From assembly GCA_030833825.1 (NCBI GenBank), contig JAURGL010000001.1, forward strand, positions 1 through 40,501: a stretch of 40,501 nucleotides of DNA. The letters are read 5' to 3'. Made by a program: the position numbers and the translations under genes. How positions within the stretch are numbered: position 1 is the first letter of the stretch; every line of letters starts with the position of its first letter. A model generated the notes under the pieces. That model was not told the DNA's origin and made no database searches. It saw only the letters and a program-made list of their open reading frames with translations. Source of the stretch: Vulcanococcus sp. SFB_649D_100_25. Lineage in GTDB: Bacteria > Cyanobacteriota > Cyanobacteriia > PCC-6307 > Cyanobiaceae. This document shows positions 29,323 through 37,955 of this stretch, piece after piece.

Positions 29323-31160
29323 GCCGCGTCAGCGTCCCCGCTCAGCTCAGGCAGGGGCTCCTGCATTTCCACCACTTCGCCGTTGAAGAACTCGGCCAGA
29401 CGCTTGGCCTGATCGTCAATCAACCCCCGTTGTCCGGACGGTTCGCGCGCGGGTTCCGGCGCGCTGACTTGGGCTGCGGGAGGTTCTGCAGCCGGCGGGG
29501 GACTTGGGGTGGAGACCGGAGCCGGAGTGACCGGTTGAACCGGAGCAGCAGCTTCTGCAGGGGCTGGTTGGTGCTCGGGGGCCGGTTCAGGTGGGGCCTG
29601 GGTCGGTCGCGCTGGCGGTGCGGCCATCACCGGTGCGGTCCCGCCAGCCTCGAGCACCACCTGGCGGGGGCTCCCAAGGGCTGAGGCCACGGCTTTCTCC
29701 AGCAGGGGTAAGCGGCTTTGCACCATGGCGCTCCAGTTGCCGGCCACCTGGACCACGGCCCTCTGGGAATCGAGCCGGCTCAGAACGGCCTGCTGGGACA
29801 GCAGCATCCGGGTCGAGGGCAACTCAAGGCCCGCCAGGATCTGTTGCCAGAGTTCGCTGAGGTCCTGCCCTCCCTGGGGTTCCGCCTTGGGTTCTTCCTT
29901 GGTTCCTGAAGGGGGGGCTACCGCAGGGCTGGTGGCTGCAGGGCTGACTGCCGCTGGTTCCGCTGCAGCCACAGGCGCTGGTTGGGGCGGCGTTGCTGCA
30001 GTGAGCGGAAGTGGGACTGGCGGTGTGGAGGCAGGCGCTGCGGTCGCTTGCGACGGGGCCACTGCCGCTTCAGACAGCAAGCCGAGGAGCAAGACCTCCA
30101 GCCAAAGACGTGGTTGGACGCTCTGCCGCAGCTGCTGCTCGCTGCCCTTGAGCTGGGCCTGCCAGTGCAGGAGCTTGGCTTTGCCGATGCTGCGGGCCAG
30201 GGGGGGCAGCTCCCCCCGCAACTGCGGAGAGAAGCTGGTGAGCTCCAGGCGCTCGGGGGCGACCCCGGCCAGAACCAAATCCCGCAGCAGGCCAGCCATG
30301 CCTTGCAGGACGGCGCCGGGTTCACGGCCCCTTTCCAGCAGCGTGCGAGAGGCTTCAATCACCCCCAGGGGCTCACGACTGGCGAGGGCTTGGGCGAGTT
30401 GCAGCAGTTCCTGCTCTGGAACGGCCCCCAGGAGTTCCCAGACGGCCATCGGCTCCACAGGGCCGGGCAACAGGCTCAATTGATCGAGGAGGCTCTCCGC
30501 ATCCCGCAGGCCGCCCTGAGCCCTCTGGGCCACCACGTGTAGGGCTTCTGGGGTGATCTGGATCTGCTCCTCTCCGGCAATCCAGGTCAGATGCCGCTCA
30601 AGCGCATCGAGGGGGATCCGGCGGAAATCGAAGCGCTGACAGCGGCTCAGGATCGTGGGCAACACCCGTTGGGGGTCGGTGGTGGCCAGCACGAACACCA
30701 CCCGCGGCGGGGGCTCCTCCAGGGTTTTCAGCAGAGCGTTGAAGGCCGCGGTGGAGAGCATGTGGCACTCATCGACCACGTAGACCTTCCAGCGGGCCTG
30801 CACCGGGGCAAAGCGTGAGCGCTCAATCAGCTCACGGATGTTGTCGACCCCGGTGTTGGATGCCGCGTCGATCTCGATCACATCGAGGGCAGTCCCATTG
30901 GCGATCGATCTGCAGAGCTCACAGCTGCCGCAGGGTTCCGGGGTGGGAGCCTGGCTGCTCAGGCAGTTGAGCGAGCGGGCCAGGATCCGGGCACTGGAGG
31001 TCTTGCCGGTTCCCCGAGGCCCGCTGAACAGATAGGCCGGAGCGATTCGGCCAGAGCGCAGGGCATTGCCGAGGGTTGCCGCGATCGCCTCCTGCCCCAC
31101 CAGCTGGTCAAACCGCTGCGGGCGGTACTTGTGATGGAGCGGTTGGTAGGCGACCGGCAT
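29319..31160 (-). CDS. dnaX: DNA polymerase III subunit gamma/tau
   Basis: KYRPQRF, GPRGTGKT, CGSCELC zinc module, EIDAAS, DECHML, SRC; two long Pro/Ala linkers; no intein. Confidence 0.97.
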   Translation of the reverse strand: MPVAYQPLHHKYRPQRFDQLVGQEAIAATLGNALRSGRIAPAYLFSGPRGTGKTSSARILARSLNCLSSQAPTPEPCGSCELCRSIANGTALDVIEIDAASNTGVDNIRELIERSRFAPVQARWKVYVVDECHMLSTAAFNALLKTLEEPPPRVVFVLATTDPQRVLPTILSRCQRFDFRRIPLDALERHLTWIAGEEQIQITPEALHVVAQRAQGGLRDAESLLDQLSLLPGPVEPMAVWELLGAVPEQELLQLAQALASREPLGVIEASRTLLERGREPGAVLQGMAGLLRDLVLAGVAPERLELTSFSPQLRGELPPLARSIGKAKLLHWQAQLKGSEQQLRQSVQPRLWLEVLLLGLLSEAAVAPSQATAAPASTPPVPLPLTAATPPQPAPVAAAEPAAVSPAATSPAVAPPSGTKEEPKAEPQGGQDLSELWQQILAGLELPSTRMLLSQQAVLSRLDSQRAVVQVAGNWSAMVQSRLPLLEKAVASALGSPRQVVLEAGGTAPVMAAPPARPTQAPPEPAPEHQPAPAEAAAPVQPVTPAPVSTPSPPPAAEPPAAQVSAPEPAREPSGQRGLIDDQAKRLAEFFNGEVVEMQEPLPELSGDADAA

Positions 31161-31169
31161 GGCTGGAGG

Positions 31170-31847
31170 CTACTGGCCCTGACTCCTGAGCCATTGCTCG
31201 AGTTTGTTTTCCATGTCTTCCACCTCGCTGAGCTGGTCGGCCAGGGTTTGGGCAGCTTGCTGCAGTTGCAGAAACTGGCGGGTGCCGCTCTGGCCGGGAC
31301 CACCCCAGCGGGTCTCGGCACGGCTGAGTTCCTGCTCAAGCCGTTGCTGGAGCTTGAGCCTGAGGGCATCCAGTTGCTCCAGGCTGCGCAGGGCCAGCGC
31401 CCGCCCTTGTTCCAGCTGCTGGGGATCCAGCCTGAGGCCTTGCCGCAGCAGCATCTTGGCGCCCGTGAGCACGGCCGCAGGCATGAACTGCCCAAGGGCC
31501 AGCGCCCCCAGGCTGCCGGTGTGGAGCCAGTCCTCCACTTGGGTGCTGCGGTGCCGTCCGGTTTTGCACCAGTGGGCGAAATGCTCGCAGTTGTTGAACA
31601 GCAGGTTGTAGTTCTGCTCCCCCAGTCGGCTCAGTGCTCGCCGCAAGGTTTCGCTTGCCGGTGAGCAACTGCCCTCCGGATAGGGAACCACCTGGATCGG
31701 CTGGCCGCGGCTGAACTCCGCGACAGGGCTGCGCAGGATTTCCCGACCCTCGAGGTAGTGGGCCACTGAGCCATCCCCGAGATCAATGCCGTGGTGATGA
31801 AAGAGGCCGTGTTGCCGCGGGCACTCCAGATGATCGGCAGCGGCCAT
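31170..31847 (-). CDS. LRAT/NC-domain (permuted NlpC/P60) protein with C-terminal coiled coil
   Basis: HHGIDLGDGSVAHY ... YNLLFNNCEHF catalytic signature. Confidence 0.9.
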   Translation of the reverse strand: MAAADHLECPRQHGLFHHHGIDLGDGSVAHYLEGREILRSPVAEFSRGQPIQVVPYPEGSCSPASETLRRALSRLGEQNYNLLFNNCEHFAHWCKTGRHRSTQVEDWLHTGSLGALALGQFMPAAVLTGAKMLLRQGLRLDPQQLEQGRALALRSLEQLDALRLKLQQRLEQELSRAETRWGGPGQSGTRQFLQLQQAAQTLADQLSEVEDMENKLEQWLRSQGQ

Positions 31848-31854
31848 GCCGCCG

Positions 31855-33207
31855 TTAGGCCGATTCCTGTTGAGCCTGCTCTGCGCCAGGGAGGGGCAGG
31901 ACCTTGGCCTGGGTCCGCTCCTCCACGAGGGCGCGGGTCACGGTGAAGGACTTGGTGCCTTTGTCCGAGGGCAGGTCGTACATCAGATCGAGCATCAGCT
32001 CCTCGACAATGCCGCGCAGGGCACGGGCGCCTGTCTTGCGGCGGTGGGCCTCGGCCGCGATCGCCTCCACGGCGCCAGGCTCGAAGTCCAGCCGGACGTC
32101 ATCCATGCTCAGCAGCGTCTGGAACTGCTTCACCAGGGCATCACGGGGCTCGGTGAGGATCGCTTCGAGGGCGTGGCTGTCGAGGGGCTCGAGTACCGCA
32201 CTCACCGGCAGTCGGCCGATGAACTCGGGGATCAGTCCGTACTTCACCAGGTCGTCGGGCTCGAGGTTCCGCAGGACATGGGCGGCCTGCTGGTCCTTGT
32301 TCTGGCGGCTGCGACCGCGGCCGCCTTCCGGAACAAAGCCGATGGAGTTTCGACCCATCCGGCGCTGCACCACATCTTCCAGGCCCACGAAGGCGCCACC
32401 GCAGATGAACAGGACCTGACTGGTGTCGATCTGGATGCAGTCCTGATAGGGGTGCTTGCGACCACCCTGGGGCGGGACGTTGGCGATGGTGCCCTCCAGC
32501 AGTTTCAGCAGGGCCTGCTGGACCCCTTCGCCAGAGACATCGCGGGTGATCGAGGGGTTCTCGCTCTTGCGGGCGATTTTGTCGATCTCATCGATGTAGA
32601 TGATCCCGCGCTGGGCCTGATCCACATCCATGTCTGCCTTCTGCAGCAGACGCAGGAGGATGTTCTCGACGTCCTCCCCGACGTAGCCCGCTTCGGTGAG
32701 GGTTGTGGCATCGGCCACGGCGAAGGGCACGTCCAGCATCTCCGCCAGGGTCTGGGCCAGCAGCGTCTTGCCGCAGCCGGTCGGACCGATCAGGAGGATG
32801 TTGCTCTTGTGCAGCTTGGTGGCTGTTTCATTGCTCTCGCCCTTGCCGTCCCCCTGCCAGGCGAGCCGTTTGTAGTGGTTGTAGACCGCCACGGAGAGGA
32901 CTTTTTTGGCCTCCTCCTGCCCCACAACCTGGGAATCGAGGTGGGCCTTGATCTCCTGGGGTTTGGGGATTTCCGCCAGGGTGGGAGCGGGTTTGCTGAC
33001 CTTCTTGGCTGGCGCCTTCCCTTTGCTTTCCTGGGCCTGGCGACCACCGCCCCCCTGGCCGTCTACGAGTTCCTCATCAAGGATCTCGTTGCAGAGATCG
33101 ATGCACTCGTCGCAGATGTAGACGCCAGGTCCGGCAATCAGCTTGCGCACCTGATCCTGCGATTTTCCGCAGAACGAGCACTTCAGGTGGGCGTCGAACT
33201 TGGCCAT
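31855..33207 (-). CDS. clpX: ATP-dependent Clp protease ATPase subunit
   Basis: CSFCGK...CDEC zinc finger, [26 protein letters not shown] loop. Confidence 0.99.
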   Translation of the reverse strand: MAKFDAHLKCSFCGKSQDQVRKLIAGPGVYICDECIDLCNEILDEELVDGQGGGGRQAQESKGKAPAKKVSKPAPTLAEIPKPQEIKAHLDSQVVGQEEAKKVLSVAVYNHYKRLAWQGDGKGESNETATKLHKSNILLIGPTGCGKTLLAQTLAEMLDVPFAVADATTLTEAGYVGEDVENILLRLLQKADMDVDQAQRGIIYIDEIDKIARKSENPSITRDVSGEGVQQALLKLLEGTIANVPPQGGRKHPYQDCIQIDTSQVLFICGGAFVGLEDVVQRRMGRNSIGFVPEGGRGRSRQNKDQQAAHVLRNLEPDDLVKYGLIPEFIGRLPVSAVLEPLDSHALEAILTEPRDALVKQFQTLLSMDDVRLDFEPGAVEAIAAEAHRRKTGARALRGIVEELMLDLMYDLPSDKGTKSFTVTRALVEERTQAKVLPLPGAEQAQQESA

Positions 33208-33311
33208 CGGGCGGGGTTTGCGGCGGCGTTGTGCGGCGGGGCTTCCTGATGCAGTGGGCCCGAAACTCCAGGATCGTGGTGATCCAGCGCTTCGTCAGCC
33301 GTCCTTAAGGA

Positions 33312-33992
33312 TCAAACCGGGGCCGTATCGGTGACGACACGGTCGATCAAGCCGTATTGAACCGCTTCTGCCGGGGAAAGGAAGTAGTCGCGGTCTGTGT
33401 CTTCTGCGATTTTGTCCAGGGGTTGGCCGGTGTGTTCGGCCATCAGTCCGTTGAGGGTCTCCTTGAGGAAGAGGATTTCCTTGGCCTGGATTTCGATGTC
33501 TACCGCCTGACCCTGGGCTCCGCCAAGGGGTTGGTGAATCATGATCCGGGCGTTCGGCAGGGCCAGGCGTTTCCCTTTGGCACCGCCGGAGAGCAGGAAG
33601 GCCCCCATGGAAGCGGCCAGGCCGTAGCAGATGGTCACGACATCGGGTGCCACCTGCTGCATCGTGTCGTAGATGGCCAGACCGGAGGTGACGGAGCCGC
33701 CGGGGGAGTTGATATAGATCTGGATGTCCTTCTCTGGATCTTCCGCTTCCAGGAAGAGCAGTTGGGCCACCATGGCATCGGCGACCTGGTCGTCAATCCC
33801 GGTGCCCAGGAAGATGATCCGCTCGCGCAGCAGCCGCGAATAGATATCGAAGGCCCGATCGCCGCGCCCGGATTGCTCCACAACCGTGGGAAGAATTCCA
33901 GGGGCGGCTGACGGCCCCGTCCAGATCGATGACTCGGGCTGTTGGCCCAGCCAGCGGTTCTGGATCGGGTGCTGAATGCTGGCGTTGATCAC
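33312..33992 (-). CDS. clpP: ATP-dependent Clp protease proteolytic subunit
   Basis: [35 protein letters not shown]. Confidence 0.98.
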   Translation of the reverse strand: MINASIQHPIQNRWLGQQPESSIWTGPSAAPGILPTVVEQSGRGDRAFDIYSRLLRERIIFLGTGIDDQVADAMVAQLLFLEAEDPEKDIQIYINSPGGSVTSGLAIYDTMQQVAPDVVTICYGLAASMGAFLLSGGAKGKRLALPNARIMIHQPLGGAQGQAVDIEIQAKEILFLKETLNGLMAEHTGQPLDKIAEDTDRDYFLSPAEAVQYGLIDRVVTDTAPV

Positions 33993-34031
33993 GCGGCCGG
34001 GCTGGAGGTCAGTCCGGCCAATCTATGGGGA

Positions 34032-35483
34032 TCAGGCCTCGGCAGCGGGCTCTTCGTCGGAGTCAGCCTTGGCTTTCTTGGCGCTGCCTTTTTTGGCTGC
34101 AGCCTTCTTCGGCTTGTCCTCACCGGCTTCGGCTGCCTTCTCGGTGACGGTGGAGTTGTCCTCCAGCCAACCCATCAGCTTCTCGCGCATGAGGTCCTCC
34201 TGGACCGCCTGACGCAGACGGGTGGGATCGATGCGGGAGTTGTCGCTGAAGCCGCGGCTCAGTTCCTTCACCTTGGCATCGATGTCGGCGGCGGCCACCT
34301 CCAGCTTCTCGGCGGCAGCCAGGGCCTTCAGGGCCAGGCTGCGCTTCAGGCGCTCTTCGGCTTCGGGCCGGGAGGTTTCACGAAGGCTCTGGATCAGCTG
34401 TGGGGTGAACAGCTTCTTCACGTCCATGCCCTGCTGAGCGAGCTGGCCGGCGGTTTGCTCGAGCAGCGAGACGATTTCCTCCTGCACCAGGGTTTCGGGC
34501 AGTTCCACCTCCAGCTGCTCCACCAATGCCGCCAGCAGGGCGTCATGGCGGTTCGACTGGGTGCGGCGCTCGGCGTCCTCCTTCAGCCGGGTCTCCAGGT
34601 CGCTCCGCAGCTCCGCCAGGGTCTGCTTGTCGCTGGCCTGCTGGGCAAAGGCGTCGTCGAGGGCGGGTAGTTCGCGGGCCTTCAGCTCACTGAGGGTGAT
34701 TTCGAAGCTGGCCTTGCGGCCGGCGGCGTCCTCCTGGGCGTAGTCCTCGGGGAACTGGCAAGTCACCGTTTTGGTGGCCCCGGCCTTCATGCCGATCACG
34801 CCTTCGACAAAGCCGGGGATCATCCGGCCTTCCTCCAGCTCGACTTCCATGGCGTCAGCGCTGCCGCCTTCGATGGCCTCGCCGTTGTCGCTGTAGGTGC
34901 CTTTGAAACTGAGGACAGCCACGTCGCCACTGGCGGCAGCCCGGCCTTCCACGGGGACGAGGGCGGCCATCTGGCGGCGGGATTGCTCGATCAGCTCGTC
35001 AACCCGAGCCGCGTCGAAGCTCACGGTTTCGGCTTCGGCCTTCAGGCCCTTGGTGCTTTTGAGGGTGGGAGTGGGCTCAACGTCCATCTCCAGGGTGAGG
35101 GTGAGCTCTTTGCCGGGTTCAAAACGCTCCAGCAACGCCTCAAAACCATCGTCTAGTGCCGGTTGGCCGATGGCGGGGATCTCCGCTTGCTTGAGGGCAT
35201 CGCGGAAGACGCTGTCGACCAGCGTCTCGAGGGCGGTTGCTCGGATGCGCATCGGCCCGATCTGCTGCATCAGCACGGCCCGGGGCACCTTGCCCTGGCG
35301 GAAGCCGGGCAGCCGCACGCTGCGGCTCAACTTCTCAACGGCATCGTTGTGACTGCCCTGGGTCCGGTCGGCGGGAACGACGATCTCAATCGCCATCCGG
35401 CTGCCGGGGCGGGCGCTGGTGCTCAGCTTGAGATCTGCCTTTTTGGCAGAGGCTTTGCTGGCGGCGGTGGCGGCAGGGCTCAT
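34032..35483 (-). CDS. tig: Trigger factor
   Basis: PGFRQGKVP ribosome-binding motif, FKBP domain MIPGFVEG...FPEDY; tig-clpP-clpX order. Confidence 0.97.
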   Translation of the reverse strand: MSPAATAASKASAKKADLKLSTSARPGSRMAIEIVVPADRTQGSHNDAVEKLSRSVRLPGFRQGKVPRAVLMQQIGPMRIRATALETLVDSVFRDALKQAEIPAIGQPALDDGFEALLERFEPGKELTLTLEMDVEPTPTLKSTKGLKAEAETVSFDAARVDELIEQSRRQMAALVPVEGRAAASGDVAVLSFKGTYSDNGEAIEGGSADAMEVELEEGRMIPGFVEGVIGMKAGATKTVTCQFPEDYAQEDAAGRKASFEITLSELKARELPALDDAFAQQASDKQTLAELRSDLETRLKEDAERRTQSNRHDALLAALVEQLEVELPETLVQEEIVSLLEQTAGQLAQQGMDVKKLFTPQLIQSLRETSRPEAEERLKRSLALKALAAAEKLEVAAADIDAKVKELSRGFSDNSRIDPTRLRQAVQEDLMREKLMGWLEDNSTVTEKAAEAGEDKPKKAAAKKGSAKKAKADSDEEPAAEA

Positions 35484-35671
35484 GGAAGCGATCGAGGCGT
35501 CAGGCCGAAGGATTTCGGCAGGGCAGCCCGCAATCCTAGGAACTCACCTGTGACGAGCTCCAACAGGTGGCTCTGAGGTCGGCAGCGGCCACGTATTGTT
35601 GTTGGCAAGAACCAGTGACCTGAAGAGCTTTTTGACGGAACCCTCGTGGGTTCCGTCCCGAGTCGTGCAGG

Positions 35672-35854
35672 TTGTCTGTCAACGCATCCCCTGCGGATGC
35701 ACGTCTCCGCGCCACATCCCCGTTTTGCTCAATCGTCCTCGCCTGCGCCCTGTTCACGCCGCGGCCTAGACCCCAGGTTCTCTTTGCGTCGCCGTACCGC
35801 CTGCCCGTTCCCCATCGCTGTTTCAAGGGAATCGGGTCTCTCCTTCTCGACTGA
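35672..35854 (+). CDS. Candidate upstream ORF / leader peptide of asd-dapA (60 aa)
   Basis: TTG start; stop 8 nt before the asd start; C-terminus HRCFKGIGSLLLD; single Lys codon. Confidence 0.55.
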   Translation: MSVNASPADARLRATSPFCSIVLACALFTPRPRPQVLFASPYRLPVPHRCFKGIGSLLLD

Positions 35855-35862
35855 ACACTCCG

Positions 35863-36942
35863 TTGACCAACCCTGACGTCCGCTCTCTGCCTCAGCGCCC
35901 CCTGCACGTGGCCGTTCTCGGTGCCACTGGTGCAGTGGGCCAAGAGCTTCTGGCTCTGCTCGCCGAGCGTCAGTTCCCTGTGGGCCAGCTCACCCTGCTG
36001 GCGTCGCCCCGTTCTGCAGGCCAAAGCCTGGATTGGAACGGACAGACCCTCACCATCCAGCCCGTCAGCGCCGAGGCCTTTGCCGGCGTCGATGTGGTCC
36101 TGGCTTCTGCAGGGGGCTCGGTGTCCAAGCAGTGGGCTCCGGTGGCCGCGGCTGCCGGTGCTGTCGTGATCGACAACTCCAGTGCTTTCCGGATGGATGC
36201 CGGCATCCCCCTGGTAGTGCCGGAGGTGAATCCCCACGAGGCCTTCCGCCATCAGGGGGTGATCGCCAACCCCAACTGCACCACGATCCTGATGACCCTG
36301 GCGCTTGCGCCCCTGGCTGCGCGCCGCTCGATGCGGCGTGTGGTGGTCAGCACCTACCAATCCGCCAGTGGTGCAGGGGCCCGGGCCATGGAGGAGCTCA
36401 GTGAACTCAGCCGCACCGTTCTTGACGGGGGTACGCCTCAGAGCAGTGTTCTGCCCTACTCCCTTGCCTTCAATCTCTTCCTCCATAACTCCCCTCTGCA
36501 GGGCAACGGCTATTGCGAGGAGGAACTGAAGATGGTGAATGAGACCCGCAAGATCATGGGCCTCCCTGATCTGAAGGTCTCAGCCACCTGTGTGCGGGTG
36601 CCGGTGCTCCGCGCCCACTCCGAGGCGATCAACATTGAGTTCCATGAGCCGTTCCCTGTGGAGGAGGCGCGGGCTCTGCTGGCGAAGGCCCCCGGGGTGG
36701 AGCTCATCGAGGACTTCTCCTCCAACCGCTTCCCCATGCCCACCGATGTGACCGGTCGGGACCCTGTCGCGGTGGGTCGCATTCGTCAGGACCTGAGCGA
36801 ACCGAACGCCCTGGAGCTCTGGCTCTGCGGTGATCAGATCCGCAAGGGGGCAGCCCTCAATGCGATTCAGATCGCTGAACTGCTGCTCGATCCCGCAGCG
36901 GCCGCCCAGGCTGCCGAGTCCACCGCAGGCGTGGCCGCATGA
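35863..36942 (+). CDS. asd: Aspartate-semialdehyde dehydrogenase
   Basis: [49 protein letters not shown]. Confidence 0.98.
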   Translation: MTNPDVRSLPQRPLHVAVLGATGAVGQELLALLAERQFPVGQLTLLASPRSAGQSLDWNGQTLTIQPVSAEAFAGVDVVLASAGGSVSKQWAPVAAAAGAVVIDNSSAFRMDAGIPLVVPEVNPHEAFRHQGVIANPNCTTILMTLALAPLAARRSMRRVVVSTYQSASGAGARAMEELSELSRTVLDGGTPQSSVLPYSLAFNLFLHNSPLQGNGYCEEELKMVNETRKIMGLPDLKVSATCVRVPVLRAHSEAINIEFHEPFPVEEARALLAKAPGVELIEDFSSNRFPMPTDVTGRDPVAVGRIRQDLSEPNALELWLCGDQIRKGAALNAIQIAELLLDPAAAAQAAESTAGVAA

Positions 36943-37868
36943 GTGGAAGTGTGCCCCCAACCTTGAATCCCGGCGCTCCGTCGCCGGCGCCGTTTGGTCG
37001 CGTGATCACGGCGATGATCACCCCCTTTGCGGCCGACGGTTCCGTCGAGCTGGAGCTGGCGGCGCGTCTGGCCTGCCACCTGGTGGATCACGGCTCCGAT
37101 GGCCTGGTGATCTGCGGCACCACTGGCGAATCCCCAACCCTCAGCTGGGACGAACAACATCAGCTGTTCTCCGCCGTGAAGGCGGCTGTCGGCGGGCGGG
37201 CCAAGCTTCTGGCCGGGACCGGGAGCAACTGCACCGCCGAGGCCGTGGAGGCCATCGGTGAAGCGGCTGCCCTGGGTGCCGATGGTGCCCTGGTGGTGGT
37301 GCCTTACTACAACAAGCCTCCCCAGGAGGGGCTTGAGGCCCATTTCCGGGCGGTGGCTGAGGCGGCGCCCCAGACCCCGTTGATGCTCTACAACATCCCC
37401 GGCCGCACCGGCTGCAGCCTGAGCCCTGAGACCACGGCCCGGTTGATGGATCTGGCCAATGTGGTGAGCTTCAAGGCCGCCAGCGGCACCACCGAAGAAG
37501 TCAGTGCCCTCAGGGCCCTCTGCGGAGAACGGCTGGCCATCTACAGCGGGGACGATGCCTTGACCCTGCCGATGCTGGCGGTGGGTGCCGTCGGTGTGGT
37601 CAGCGTGGCCAGCCACGTCGCCGGCGATCAGATTCAACGCATGGTGCAGGCCTTTTTGGCCGGTGACTTGACCACGGCCCTGGCCCTGCATGAACAGCTC
37701 TTGCCGGTGTGCAAAGCCCTGTTCTGCACCACCAATCCCATCCCCGTGAAAGCGGCTCTGGAGCTGACCGGCTGGTCCGTTGGCGCCCCACGGCTGCCCC
37801 TGGTTTCTGCCTCAAGTGACGTGCGCGATCGACTCAATTCCGTTCTGGCAGCCCTGCGTCCCACCTGA
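36939..37868 (+). CDS. dapA: 4-hydroxy-tetrahydrodipicolinate synthase
   Basis: [39 protein letters not shown]; ATGA overlap with asd. Confidence 0.98.
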   Translation: MSGSVPPTLNPGAPSPAPFGRVITAMITPFAADGSVELELAARLACHLVDHGSDGLVICGTTGESPTLSWDEQHQLFSAVKAAVGGRAKLLAGTGSNCTAEAVEAIGEAAALGADGALVVVPYYNKPPQEGLEAHFRAVAEAAPQTPLMLYNIPGRTGCSLSPETTARLMDLANVVSFKAASGTTEEVSALRALCGERLAIYSGDDALTLPMLAVGAVGVVSVASHVAGDQIQRMVQAFLAGDLTTALALHEQLLPVCKALFCTTNPIPVKAALELTGWSVGAPRLPLVSASSDVRDRLNSVLAALRPT

Positions 37869-37955
37869 CGCCAAGGCCGACCTGATCCGTTGCTGAGCAA
37901 CGCCCAAGACCACCGTTTTTGACCTTGCGCGGCTCAGCCGCATCCCAACTTCTGA

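Noticed and set aside
30755-30785. DnaX intein at the DE/CHML insertion site used in some cyanobacteria
   Set aside because: Sequence is contiguous VVDECHMLS; no insertion
14293-32064. HIP1 octamer GCGATCGC (at least 8 copies: 14293, 15361, 19909, 22340, 27271, 28993, 31081, 32057)
   Set aside because: About 0.2 per kb, far below HIP1-rich cyanobacteria; mostly explained by Ala-Ile-Ala / Arg-Asp-Arg codons in a high-GC genome; a manual count only
31846-33249. Long antisense ORFs (467 aa opposite clpX; likewise opposite gap2, the cyclophilin, guaA, mgdA and sqdB)
   Set aside because: Shadow frames expected from high GC3 codon bias opposite conserved genes; no recognisable motifs
35570-35860. 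Canonical lysine riboswitch or T-box upstream of asd-dapA
   Set aside because: No L-box or T-box consensus and no hairpin followed by a U-tract before asd; reported instead as an unclassified leader
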